A stretch of DNA of 64,000 nucleotides from an uncultured Rivularia sp. (GCA_963665115.1 OY762007.1:7680001-7744000); one strand, 5' to 3'; positions 10,401 to 20,369 are shown, counted from the stretch's first letter. Translations and numbers: made by a program. Notes: a model not told the origin generated them from the sequence alone.

Positions 10401-13033
10401 TGATTTTCCTTATCATTAACTAAAGATAAATTATTTTCTTCCCCACTAACTACAATCAATCTTGCTTCAATCAAAGCTTGCAAAGTAGAATCTAAAACAT
10501 TTTTATACTTATCAACTAATAAATCCGATATCGGTAAGCGACGACGGGTATCTTTATTACTATCTTCTTGCTCTTTAACTAAAAAGACTAATGACAGAAA
10601 AATTGACTGAGCGCATTCTTTTTCAGCTTCACTCAGGTTATCGTAGGTTTCCTGGGCTTTACTGCTGAGAAATTTACCCAATTTACCAATATGTTGCTGA
10701 TAATCTTTAACAGTTAATTTTCCTCGGCTGCGCTTCTGCCATAATTCTTCTAAAGCATACTGTAATAAAGGTAAACTTCCTTCTTTTAATTCTCCCAATA
10801 GAATAGCTATTAAACCATCTTCTACTTCTAAACCAACTTTTCGTGCTGGTTGAGCAATAATTTGACGGTATTGTTTATCTTCAAGACGACAAGATGCAAC
10901 TAAAACTTGAGATTTTGTAATTAAAGCAGCTAATTCGCTCATTCCCAAGCATTCATTCAGAAAATCACTTCTAAGAGTAATAATTACTTTGAAAGTATTC
11001 TTAGTTTTTTCAATTGCATCTAAAACAAGATTGAGGAAATTAACACGATCTGTTTCTGCTGTTAAGGTAAATAATTCCTCAAATTGATCGATCGCTAACA
11101 CCGATATTGATTTAGATTGTTGATTCAACCATTCCACTAAAGAATCAACTCCTAAATGTAAAACCCCTTCTAAAAAATCTGGATTATCTGGTGCTAATGT
11201 ATTGGCTAAAGCAGCTATAGGATTATCCCCTGGAAGCATCACCCAAGTTTGACAGGGTTTAAATTGTTCCGATTCCAAATCAAAAAACCCTTCGGTTAAT
11301 AATTGAGGTATAACTCCCGCTTTAACTACAGAAGATTTACCGCTACCGGAAGCACCTACTACAGGTAAGAAAGAAGTAGATTGTAATTTCTCGATAATTT
11401 CTGCAATTAATTCTTCTCTACCGTGAAAAAAGTAAGCATCATCTTGGGTAAAAGCTTTTAAACTCTTATAAGGACAAACATCAATGTCAAATATTTCATT
11501 ATAGGAACGTTGTACTTCTACTGATAACATTTCCATCACTTCAGTAGAACCCGATAACCAAATTTTAAAATTAATCTCAGGTTGAGAATTTGGCCATTCC
11601 TTTAATTGAGTAATTAATTCAGAAACCCAAAATTCTCTTGACGATTCTCCTGCTGTTTCTAATATAGTTACTAATTGACGAAGAAACTTTTTACTATTAG
11701 GTATAGAAGTACTTGCTGTAATCAAACACAGAGATTTATCTGACGACGGTTGCAAGATTTTAATTAAACTTTTACTATCCCCGCTTGTATCTAAAATATC
11801 GGCAATAATAATAATTTCTTGAACGGGAGAATCCTGTAACTGCTGACGAAGCCAATTAAAATTTATTCTAGTATCGCTACTACAAACTAATTCGTATGTT
11901 TCTGGATTGGTAGATTCAATACTTCCTGCTAAATACAACAGAACAGTTTGATTATTTTTGTTCTGTAAAGCACTTCCAATAATCTGCTGAATATTTGGCT
12001 GATGCTTATTTGCAATAAAATAGTAGTCAACTTGAAAATTTCCTTTACCTTGCAGTATTCTACATAAACTAATATCAGCTTCAGAACAAGATAACTTATC
12101 GACAATCAAAGCTTTTCTCTGAGTACAAGAGATAGCCAACCCAATAATTAATTCTCCACTACCTTTAACAATCCTTTGGGGAGTTTGAGAAGCATTTAAA
12201 GGAAGTCGCTTAACTCTTAATTTAGTAGATGATTTTTTTAATGTTCCACCCATCCCCTTAGAAAAGCTATCTTCATTTAAAGGGTTTTTCTTATATTTAA
12301 TAAATTTACTACTACTGCGCTCTACATACTTAAACAAACTGTCAGCATCAATATTTCCTTGATTATTCGCAGCTTTCCCCCGTAAACCCTCTATGAGACA
12401 GTAAGTAAATAAACCATGTTTTAATTCAGGAATTTCCCAAGAACGTTCATCTGTATTGCAGGAAAGCATTGCATAAAAATCTTGACTTTGTTGTGCTTGC
12501 TGTTCCAAAACTGCTAACAGTTTACCAGTAGGATTTTGTTTAATTCTGTTATGAAGCTGTTCTTCTCGTTCTTGACAAGCATCTAACCAAACAAGTTGAC
12601 GTTGCGCTTTACATTGCCTGAGTTCATTTAACAGAATATCTAACTTTAATCCCGTTACTGCTAAATCTTCTAAATTCGTATCTGCAACACAAAAAATTGG
12701 TCGATTATTAAAGTCTAAATAACCATGTCCAGAAAAATAGAATAAAACCGTATCTTCTGGTTTAGCCAAACTAAACTTTTCGATACTGTTAATAATTTCT
12801 GATTTGTCAGGAGGTTTTTCCCCACCATCATGAAGAGCAATAATTTCTGTTTCCTGAAACCGTTGAGTTGCTATTGCTAAAGCTTCTGCTAATTCCTGAC
12901 AGTCATTAGCGCAGTATCTAAGGTTGGGAATCCGACTATCTTGATAATGGTTTACTCCGACTAAAACTATCCAGAGTTTAGCCTTTCCTTGTTCTAACTG
13001 TTGCGTGCTAGGATTACTTGCTGTTGCTGACAT
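7460..13033 (-). CDS. Caspase (C14)-degenerate caspase-nSTAND1 NTPase-TM-WD40 repeat protein
   Basis: YFSGHG and WLDAC catalytic dyad. CPYKSLKAF and GASGSGKSS Walker A, IDQFEELF Walker B, LPLLQYALEELW, EIAHEILLRDW. One TM helix, then many FSPDGQIIATAS.D..VKLW repeats. Confidence 0.9.
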   Translation of the reverse strand: MSATASNPSTQQLEQGKAKLWIVLVGVNHYQDSRIPNLRYCANDCQELAEALAIATQRFQETEIIALHDGGEKPPDKSEIINSIEKFSLAKPEDTVLFYFSGHGYLDFNNRPIFCVADTNLEDLAVTGLKLDILLNELRQCKAQRQLVWLDACQEREEQLHNRIKQNPTGKLLAVLEQQAQQSQDFYAMLSCNTDERSWEIPELKHGLFTYCLIEGLRGKAANNQGNIDADSLFKYVERSSSKFIKYKKNPLNEDSFSKGMGGTLKKSSTKLRVKRLPLNASQTPQRIVKGSGELIIGLAISCTQRKALIVDKLSCSEADISLCRILQGKGNFQVDYYFIANKHQPNIQQIIGSALQNKNNQTVLLYLAGSIESTNPETYELVCSSDTRINFNWLRQQLQDSPVQEIIIIADILDTSGDSKSLIKILQPSSDKSLCLITASTSIPNSKKFLRQLVTILETAGESSREFWVSELITQLKEWPNSQPEINFKIWLSGSTEVMEMLSVEVQRSYNEIFDIDVCPYKSLKAFTQDDAYFFHGREELIAEIIEKLQSTSFLPVVGASGSGKSSVVKAGVIPQLLTEGFFDLESEQFKPCQTWVMLPGDNPIAALANTLAPDNPDFLEGVLHLGVDSLVEWLNQQSKSISVLAIDQFEELFTLTAETDRVNFLNLVLDAIEKTKNTFKVIITLRSDFLNECLGMSELAALITKSQVLVASCRLEDKQYRQIIAQPARKVGLEVEDGLIAILLGELKEGSLPLLQYALEELWQKRSRGKLTVKDYQQHIGKLGKFLSSKAQETYDNLSEAEKECAQSIFLSLVFLVKEQEDSNKDTRRRLPISDLLVDKYKNVLDSTLQALIEARLIVVSGEENNLSLVNDKENQQKSDLAVAAVEEETVSNQSKDKVTVEIAHEILLRDWEALKWWLEKNREKYRLIKEINQKADDWEENGKRDGFLLSKGALGKYEEFYVNYADELSVNSNQFINVSIQARDKGEKLAKRRQRQIIGGLTGGIVAISMVAGAALWQLRRATINEINALNNSSEMLINSNRLFDSIVTGVKAASKMRKVWLGVDLETRISVLGNLQNAFYRVNGVNEFNRLECHNCEINGMFFSPDDQIIATASNDNTVKLLNLDGQLLHTLEGHNGKINGIFFSPDGQIIATASDDNSVNLWNLNGQLLHTLESHNGKINGIFFSPDGQIIATASGDNSVKLWNLNGQLLHTLEGHLDSVNEIIFSPDGQIIATASGDNSVKLWNLNGQLLHTLESIYFSKFNYINLFELSDRSDRTRMVFTPDSQMLAFNVNYNTVKLWNLKDQQLQNVEIVGERFLILSPDGRTIASISEDKTVKLWNLEGQLLKEFDGLSSEIDDINEIIFSPDGQKIAAISTRDNIVQVWDFNGQVLNVIRNTYINQIAFSPDSQIMISSEDVEYRTVKLWTLKGELLYTLQDANLNNIVKNIAFSNNGQIIAFHSNEISNAIRLLRTKSQLLSTFKLVRDIAFSPDSQTIATATSFTESHRLKDYSVKLWNLKGKLLHTLKGHVNLVTDITFSPDGQIIATASYDNTVKLWNLEGQLLHTLKGHLNSVNDIIFSPDGQIIATAIDDNSVKLWNLEGKLLHTLEGISGRIKKLVFSPDSQTIAASLWDNTVKLWNLKGQSLHELNDRVNPARDITFSPNGQIIATASDDNSVKLWNLDGQLLHTLKGHLDSVNEIIFSPDGQIIATASDDNSVKLWNLNGQLLHNLDQHTRPVVDITFSPDGQIIASASWDDTIKLWNLKGRLLQTLIHQEKFPEYSVEHIVFSPDGQTIASISGFFPNEGSEDTIKLWSLNLNETMKRGCNWARGYITNNPNVSEEDRKICDGIGDE

Positions 13034-13365
13034 ATAAAACCTTCAATAATTAAGTTTTAATTAAATGTTTCTTGCAATACAAATTAAGATTCCCTGTTAA
13101 TATTTTTGAAGTACCTGTCCTATTCTCCAAACCAAAACAGTTTCAAAGATTCAATTCATTTATCTTCACTTTACAAAAAATATAAACATTATTTTTCTGT
13201 TTAAAAAGAATTTAATTATTTCTGTAACTGACTATATTATTATAATTCCCCGATGATTTCATCGAGATAAAATAAATTAACATAAATAAGAATAAATTTA
13301 AATCAACGGCAAATATTTTCTATAGTTGCTTTAGAATAAAAATCAAATACTCACTAATCCTAAAA

Positions 13366-14322
13366 ATGTCATTATTAGAAAAAGAATACTTGGAGTACAT
13401 CAGCGAACAAATTTTTACCGGCAATGTACGTCCTCATATTCAGTATTTGACTTTTATCCAACGGTTTGATCCTAATAATTACGAACTCAAAAGTATTGAT
13501 ATAGCCAAAGGATTAGAGCAGATGCACAAAGAACTAGATAAAAATTACGTATCAGGAATTAATCAGCATATTAAAGAAATAATTAAAAAAATAAACCGCG
13601 TATTTCGAGAGCAACTAGCTCGGGATGGCATTACCGAACAACAGCTTGGCTTGGGTAACAAAGGAGACTCAGGTAGGGGTAGATATACATCCGACATGAA
13701 AACTCCCTGGCAAATTGCTTATCAATGGTTGTGGGATAAATATGATTCTTGGTTGCAAGACTATATATGGAACGATTGGCAGCAAAGAGCGCAAACTAAT
13801 CTGCTTTGGATGGAATTTTGCGATATGCAAAGCATCAAGCCGGAGGCTTATCGCCCTTCTGAATATGCTTGCAAAGGAATGAAAATTCCCCAACCTTTAC
13901 CTAAAGAAAGTCTTCCTATTAATACTCCATTGAGCTTAAAAATAAATCTTGATAATTCGGGAAGTTATCTACTATTATTCAATCGGGGATTAGATATTCA
14001 AAGTAATGCAACCAAAAATTTAGTTATACCTTCTCAAGCTTTTGCTCCTAATTATCAATTCACTCAGAAAAGTACTTTGATACCTTTACAAGATGCAATG
14101 TGCGATGATATTGTCTTTGATACGGTTGGCAAAGAAGAATATATCGGAATTGTCATCGATAAAGCTTTAAATTTACCTTGGCTAAATCCCAATCCAGAGA
14201 AACCTGTTGTGCAATGGCAAGGTAAGCATTTAGAACAAGTGTGGGAACAGCTACAGGCTCAAGATAATTGGCGTGTTTTCTATCGAGATTTTAATGTTGT
14301 ATCTACAAATATTAACTCTTAA
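13366..14322 (+). CDS. Hypothetical protein, helical/HTH-like N-terminus plus DUF4384-like C-terminus
   Basis: 318 aa ORF divergent from the caspase gene. C-terminal LSLKINL..GSYLLLFNRG...PSQAFAP...GKEEYIGIV resembles the DUF4384-type beta-sandwich. Confidence 0.55.
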   Translation: MSLLEKEYLEYISEQIFTGNVRPHIQYLTFIQRFDPNNYELKSIDIAKGLEQMHKELDKNYVSGINQHIKEIIKKINRVFREQLARDGITEQQLGLGNKGDSGRGRYTSDMKTPWQIAYQWLWDKYDSWLQDYIWNDWQQRAQTNLLWMEFCDMQSIKPEAYRPSEYACKGMKIPQPLPKESLPINTPLSLKINLDNSGSYLLLFNRGLDIQSNATKNLVIPSQAFAPNYQFTQKSTLIPLQDAMCDDIVFDTVGKEEYIGIVIDKALNLPWLNPNPEKPVVQWQGKHLEQVWEQLQAQDNWRVFYRDFNVVSTNINS

Positions 14323-14333
14323 CTGCTCACTGC

Positions 14334-15468
14334 TCACTGTTCACTGCTCACTGTTTCAAATTTCCTCGATGCGAGGGACATTGAATAACAAAATACCCAG
14401 TAAATTAAACCGATAAATAAATAAACTTCTGCATAACGACCCTAAAAATTGCGGTTGAGCTAATATCGTTCTGGCAATTCCGGTTAATTCGAGCAATCCT
14501 ACTAAAGATAGTAAGGAAGTATCTTTGAAAAGTCCGATAAATTGACCGACAATTGTCGGAATCACTGCACGTAAGGCTTGCGGCAATACAATTAACAATA
14601 AGACTAAAGCTGGATTTAATCCCAAAACTTTGGCTGCTTCAACTTGTCCCCTTGGTACCGATTGCAATCCTCCTCTAACATTTTCTGCCATGTAAGCAGC
14701 ACTAAATAATATTAATCCAGCCACACCACGCAATACTCTATCTAAACGAATTGGTAAAAATAACGGCAGCATTACTTGAGCTAAAAACAAAATTCCAATT
14801 AATGGTAATCCCCGGATTATTTCAATATAAAGGATCGAAAACCATTTAACTACAGGTAAATCGCTGGTGCGTCCTAAAGCTAGTAAAATTCCGATGGGGA
14901 AGGATAGTACAATACTGATTGCTGCCATTAACAAAGTCAAAAGCAAACCATTCCAATCAGAACTAGATACCGATCGCAACCCCAATCCACCACCAATTAG
15001 CCATAAAATAATCGGGAAAGATAATAGCCATGCAAAAGCTAAATATGGTGATATTAATTTAGATAATTTTTTCCCCAGCCAAAAACTAATAAATCCTGAA
15101 AATCCGATACCCAGTAATAATAAACGAGAGCTTAAATCGACAGGTAAGACAATTAATAAAAAACTGAATAAAAAAGCTGTAGTTATTAGAGTTATTTTTG
15201 GTAAATTTTCTTTTGTTGAGAATACACCCAAAGTTAAACAAGTCAGTATAGAAGCAATTAAAGCTGAAATCCAAACTCGCCAATACGAAGATTGTGGATA
15301 TCTACCAACCATAAATATACGTAAATTAGCTTCAACAACTTCCCATTGTGCTTGAGTAAATATCCAGTCAATTAAATTCCATCCAAAGAAAAAGATAATC
15401 GCTAAACAAATTATCGTAAATAAACTGTTGTACCAAGTGCTAAATAAATTCTTACGAAGCCAAATCAT
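14334..15468 (-). CDS. natH: Amino-acid ABC transporter permease (frameshift near 14440)
   Basis: IRGLPLI, AYMAENVRGGLQSVPRGQVEAA, FKDTSL. Removing one base restores GRYAEVYLFIGLIYWVFCYSMSLASRK. Confidence 0.85.
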
Positions 15469-15609
15469 AATTTAGTTAGGAGTTAGGAATTAGGAATTAG
15501 GAGTTAAGAATTAGGAGTTAAGAATTAGGAATTAGGAATTATTATACCTTTGACCTTCATGAGTTATTATACCTTTGACCTTTGACCTCTAACCTTTAAC
15601 CTTACCTCC

Positions 15610-16536
15610 CTATCTTTCTTTAATTTGAACTGCTCTATTAAACAAGTTCATCACAGCCGAAATAGTTAAACTAAAAGTTAAATAGGTAAGCATGATTAAC
15701 AACATTACCTCTACTGCTTTCCCGGTTTGGTTAAAGGTAGTGGAAGCAACAAAATAAATATCGGGATAACCAATGGCGATCGCTAAGCTTGAGTTTTTCG
15801 TTAAGTTTAAATACTGACTTGTTAAAGGTGGAATAATTACCCGTAATGCTTGAGGGAATATCACCAATCGCATAATTAAACCGGGTTTCAAGCCCAACGA
15901 ACGCGCTGCTTCCCATTGTCCTTTTGATACCGATTGAATTCCACCGCGAACTATTTCGGCTATGAATGAACCCGTATAAAATACTAAACCAATTAATAAA
16001 GCTGCGAATTCTGAAGAAAATTTAATTCCAAGAATTTCTAAACCACCTTGACTGAGATAAATTAATCCTCCCAGGGAGATTTTATTATTTACATTGGGAA
16101 AACTGAGAAAAACCGCAGAATACCAAAATAGTAATTGTAAAAGTAGTGGTGTATTGCGAAATATCTCTACATAAACTAAAGCTATATTCCGTACCAACCA
16201 GTTATCGGAAAGTCTGGCGATTCCCGCACTTATTCCCACAATAGTAGTAAGAATAATTCCCGCTACAGCAACTCGTAAAGTATTTATTAAACCCACCCAT
16301 AAAGCACGGCTATAAGCATCGGTAGGTTGATAATTAATCGGAGTTTCACCAATATCAAAAGATGCTTCCTGTTGCAAAAAATCAAATCCGAATTGAATCC
16401 CTAATTGCTGTAAATTACGACTAACGTTAACAAATAAAATACTGACAATCGTTATCGCTAAGATTACAGCAATCACTTGTGTTGCAATGCGCCAAAAACG
16501 GGTATCTCGCCAAAATGGCGGTTTTGAAAAAGTCAT
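15610..16536 (-). CDS. natG: Amino-acid ABC transporter permease
   Basis: FRNTPLLLQL, AEIVRGGIQSVSKGQWEAA, LTKNSSLA. Confidence 0.88.
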   Translation of the reverse strand: MTFSKPPFWRDTRFWRIATQVIAVILAITIVSILFVNVSRNLQQLGIQFGFDFLQQEASFDIGETPINYQPTDAYSRALWVGLINTLRVAVAGIILTTIVGISAGIARLSDNWLVRNIALVYVEIFRNTPLLLQLLFWYSAVFLSFPNVNNKISLGGLIYLSQGGLEILGIKFSSEFAALLIGLVFYTGSFIAEIVRGGIQSVSKGQWEAARSLGLKPGLIMRLVIFPQALRVIIPPLTSQYLNLTKNSSLAIAIGYPDIYFVASTTFNQTGKAVEVMLLIMLTYLTFSLTISAVMNLFNRAVQIKER

Positions 16537-16699
16537 TTATCAGTTACAGAGATTTACATTTCAATACATGAACGCAATTAAGTTAGGTCTAAGAGGTTTT
16601 ATTTTTATAAAGTTATGAAAACAAACGTTCATCGAATTCATAAATTTGGAAATACGTACTGTAACTATAATAAGAACCTTAAAAATATAGGATATTTTC

Positions 16700-16903
16700 A
16701 TGGAACCAGTAAGCTTATGGGAGTGGTTTTGGCTGATTCTACTTTTTGCTATCCCTGGGGTAAATCTGATTACTATGATCGTGTGTGCTTGTGGAGTTGG
16801 TAATCCGAGTGTAGTTAATTATTGTCGAGCTTGCTTCACGTGGTTTTTAGTAGGTTTGGGATTGGTAATATTGCTATCGATTATACGTACAATGATTCAA
16901 TAA
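16700..16903 (+). CDS. Small membrane protein, antisense within the nat operon
   Basis: 67 aa, VSLWEWFWLILLFAIPGVNLITMIV...NPSVVNYCRA, 2-3 hydrophobic helices. Confidence 0.65.
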   Translation: MEPVSLWEWFWLILLFAIPGVNLITMIVCACGVGNPSVVNYCRACFTWFLVGLGLVILLSIIRTMIQ

Positions 16904-16911
16904 TTTTTCCA

Positions 16912-17955
16912 TTACCGGAATGGTGGAGAATACAATAATCCACCTTTTGTCCAAGGTTGATTGCGATTGTCGCGGGGTAGATTCAATTTGGTTTTGGGGC
17001 CGAGATTTCTTTCATAGATTTCGCCGTAGTTTCCAACGTGTTTAATTATTCTGGCTCCGAAGTCTTTTGGTAAACCGATTCCTTCTCCTAAATCTCCTTC
17101 AACTCCTAATAGGCGCTTAACTTCTGGATCTTTACTAGTCGTTTTCAACTGTTCTACATTCTGAGAATTCACTCCTAATTCTTCAGCTTTAATAACTGCA
17201 TTTACTACCCATCTCACGGTATCACCCCATTTTGCATCTCCGTCTGCGACTGCTGGTGTGAGGGGTTCTTGCGATAAGGCTTCTTCTAAAATTATGTGGT
17301 CTTCTGGTTTTGGTAAAGTGGTACGTCGAGAAATTAATTGGGATTTGTCGGATGTAATCGCAGCGCAACGTCCCTGTTGATAGGTAGCGTATGTAGTATT
17401 AACGTCTTCAAACACTACAGGTTTATACGTAATACCACGTTTTCGCATTTGGTCTGCTAAGTTTTGTTCGTTGGTGGTTCCGGTTTGGGTGCAGATTGCT
17501 TTTTCTTTTAAGTCTTCTAAAGATTTTATATTACTATCTTTGCGTACCATCATCCCTTGACCGTCGTAAAATACTACGGGTGCGAAGTTTAAACCCACGG
17601 AAGTATCGCGACTCATCGTCCAGGTGGTGTTACGGCTGAGTAGATCGACTTCTCCAGTTTGAACTGCGGTAAATCGTTCTTTAGCGTTGAGTTGACGGAA
17701 TTCTACAGCATTTGGATCGTCGAACAATGCAGCTGCAACGGCGCGACATACATCTACATCAAGTCCGCTATATTCACCGCTACTATCTACAAAACTGAAT
17801 CCCGGTAGTTGTCCGCTGACACCACAAATTAGCTGTTTGCGGTTGTTGACTGTACTTAAACGGGCGTTGTTATTTTCTGCCGAGGGTTCCGCAACGCAGG
17901 AAGATATGGAAAGTAAAACGGGTAAGGATAAAAGTAAAAGTTTGAATTTACGCAT
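16912..17955 (-). CDS. natF: Amino-acid ABC transporter substrate-binding lipoprotein (AapJ/BztA-like)
   Basis: Lipobox-like ISSC, GLDVDVCRAVAAA, LSRNTTWTMSRD, VGNYGEIYERN, GGLLYSPPFR. Confidence 0.88.
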   Translation of the reverse strand: MRKFKLLLLSLPVLLSISSCVAEPSAENNNARLSTVNNRKQLICGVSGQLPGFSFVDSSGEYSGLDVDVCRAVAAALFDDPNAVEFRQLNAKERFTAVQTGEVDLLSRNTTWTMSRDTSVGLNFAPVVFYDGQGMMVRKDSNIKSLEDLKEKAICTQTGTTNEQNLADQMRKRGITYKPVVFEDVNTTYATYQQGRCAAITSDKSQLISRRTTLPKPEDHIILEEALSQEPLTPAVADGDAKWGDTVRWVVNAVIKAEELGVNSQNVEQLKTTSKDPEVKRLLGVEGDLGEGIGLPKDFGARIIKHVGNYGEIYERNLGPKTKLNLPRDNRNQPWTKGGLLYSPPFR

Positions 17956-18289
17956 GAATTGTTTATATACCGTGGATATTGCTTAGTAAACAATATCAGA
18001 TAGTTCTGAAGTCGGTAAATTCTCTTTTATGCAATATTTTTTCTTGTAGTGGAAGGTTAAGAAAGAAAACCGTAGAGACGCGCTCGTTCCTTGAGGGAAG
18101 AGGTGAGGAGAGATATTTAATTTGACCTAGTTACTTACCAATTTCCGTTACAACCCAAAATAAAAGACGTAAAATTTTACGTCTCTACCTACCGGAATTT
18201 ATCTTATTACCATTCCGGTAGCTGCTAGGTTTAAATTTGTCGGGAATAGTTTTGCATTAAAGTTAATCAAAATTCTACCCCCTCTCTCC

Positions 18290-20077
18290 CTACTTCCCCA
18301 ATTTCTTACCCAAGGTTTCCGAAATCCCAAGATTCAACAACATTCCGCGCATTTCACCTTTAGAATCGGCATTTTGAGTTGTTAAACTTTGAAATTCCCT
18401 ACTTGGCGATCGCTGACTATCCAAGCTACCGTTAGTATCCTTGTCCCGATTCAAAGATGCTGCAAATTTATCGTACAACTCCCCATTAGCAGCAAAGCAA
18501 AAGGCTAATTCTTGTCCAACTTCTTGTAATTTCTTTGGTAATTCCGTTTGATTAGTTTGCAATAACTCGGCAAGATTCGAGTTTAAGGAATTTACATCTT
18601 CTTCTACTTCCGACTCAAACATATGAGCAAACGTATCCAATTCCCCACTTTCTACTAAGGTATGTTGCTGTAATGCAAAAGCTGGCGGAATTACCGACCG
18701 ATTTACGTTATCTGGTAAAGGTGCATCTAACAACTTTGCAGCATTCACAATCCCCGCACCATATCTTCTCGGCTTCCAATTGGGAGGAACATCACAAGTC
18801 TCTCGCAGCAACTGATTGAAAATAAACGGAATCTTCTCCGCACCATAACGACGAACTAAATTATCTCTACCGTGATACGACAACCATAATGCTGCCACAC
18901 CCGTGACTAATGGTGTAGACAACGAAGTTCCAGAACCCTGCTTAATCTTATATTTTAATTCGCCTTCTTCCTTCACAGTTCTCGCATACCATACCCCTTT
19001 CCCCGGTGCTAAAACATCAACTTTTCTACCACGCGGAGAACCGAACCAAATCTTACGGTTAACCGTACTACCCCCGACCGCTATGACTTCATCGTAAGCA
19101 GCGGGAAATACCACAAATGGAGTCCAGGTACCAGATGCAGCAATGATTATTACACCCCGCTTTTGAGCGTAAAGGATTGCAGTCCGCAGTCGCTTATTAT
19201 AAAAACCCGCTCCTAACGAAATAGAAATTATATGAAAACCTTTATCAGTCGCATACTCAATTGCTTTGGCTAAATTACGATTGCTCAAAAGTATCACCGA
19301 ATAAGATACTCGCAACGGCACCAACTTTGCACCGGGAGCTATACCTGTAACGTACTTGCCATCCCGATAATTACCTTGCGCTTTTGGCGGACTTACCATC
19401 ACGCTTGCAGCTAAAGTACCGTGCCCAGGATTATTTACTAATTCAGCATCCGACTTTTCCAAAGGATCGGTTTCATCTTCGTCACAATCAACAAAATCAT
19501 AACCTTCGGAAAGCAGCAAATTATCGGCAATTTCCGGATGTGTCGTATATCCAGTATCGGGATGAGCAATAATTACTCCATTTCCCGGTAACTTATTCGC
19601 ATCGGGGAAATACTTCTGCCAAGCTTGAAAAACTTTTAATTCCTGCAAAACCCAATCGACATCATCAGTTGAAAGTCCAGTTTCAACACCCTTTCCACCG
19701 GAAAATATATCTAACAAACTGTTTAAAAATGAAAAAATCACATCCCAAAGAGATTTAGATTCTCCCCTATCTGCTTTCTGCTCCCTTTCTACCTGCTTAA
19801 CTTCCCTTACCGGAACGGCAAATAACGGCTCTACATCAACTACACCAGGTTGCGATCGCAATTCATAAGTCTTATCCCAAGCTTGCTTTACCGATAGCGC
19901 ATCATCATGAAGGAAAATTTCAAATTCGGTAAAGTTGTCACCAATCGCTTTAATATCCCAATCTTCACCAAGTATCTCAGAAACAACCTCGCGACACCTA
20001 TCTTGCAACTCAGGCATCACCATCTCGATAAAAAAGCCTTCAAATCTGGGTTTTAACGTATTGTTGCTGGAAATCAT
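18290..20077 (-). CDS. S8 subtilisin-like serine peptidase
   Basis: Catalytic triad motifs HPDTG, GHGT, GSGTSLSTP. Confidence 0.9.
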   Translation of the reverse strand: MISSNNTLKPRFEGFFIEMVMPELQDRCREVVSEILGEDWDIKAIGDNFTEFEIFLHDDALSVKQAWDKTYELRSQPGVVDVEPLFAVPVREVKQVEREQKADRGESKSLWDVIFSFLNSLLDIFSGGKGVETGLSTDDVDWVLQELKVFQAWQKYFPDANKLPGNGVIIAHPDTGYTTHPEIADNLLLSEGYDFVDCDEDETDPLEKSDAELVNNPGHGTLAASVMVSPPKAQGNYRDGKYVTGIAPGAKLVPLRVSYSVILLSNRNLAKAIEYATDKGFHIISISLGAGFYNKRLRTAILYAQKRGVIIIAASGTWTPFVVFPAAYDEVIAVGGSTVNRKIWFGSPRGRKVDVLAPGKGVWYARTVKEEGELKYKIKQGSGTSLSTPLVTGVAALWLSYHGRDNLVRRYGAEKIPFIFNQLLRETCDVPPNWKPRRYGAGIVNAAKLLDAPLPDNVNRSVIPPAFALQQHTLVESGELDTFAHMFESEVEEDVNSLNSNLAELLQTNQTELPKKLQEVGQELAFCFAANGELYDKFAASLNRDKDTNGSLDSQRSPSREFQSLTTQNADSKGEMRGMLLNLGISETLGKKLGK

Positions 20078-20369
20078 AAATTTTTTTTAATCAATAGTAT
20101 TACTTTCTATATCTACCAAGTTATAAGTATCTGTTTACGGAAACTCGTAACTTGTACGTAATACTATAAATTTTAGATAGATACCCGTCATAGTGAGTTA
20201 GCTGCATTCACGGTGGAAAAGGGATTTTATTTATTTAATATTTATTTACAATTTTCCGGCTTCAGATATTACATTCATAGTTGCGAATAATTTGGCAATC
20301 TGACATTTTTAAAACTATAGCGGCATAGTTTTCAGGGTGAATTATGATTGGAACAAAAGAAGCTGACCA

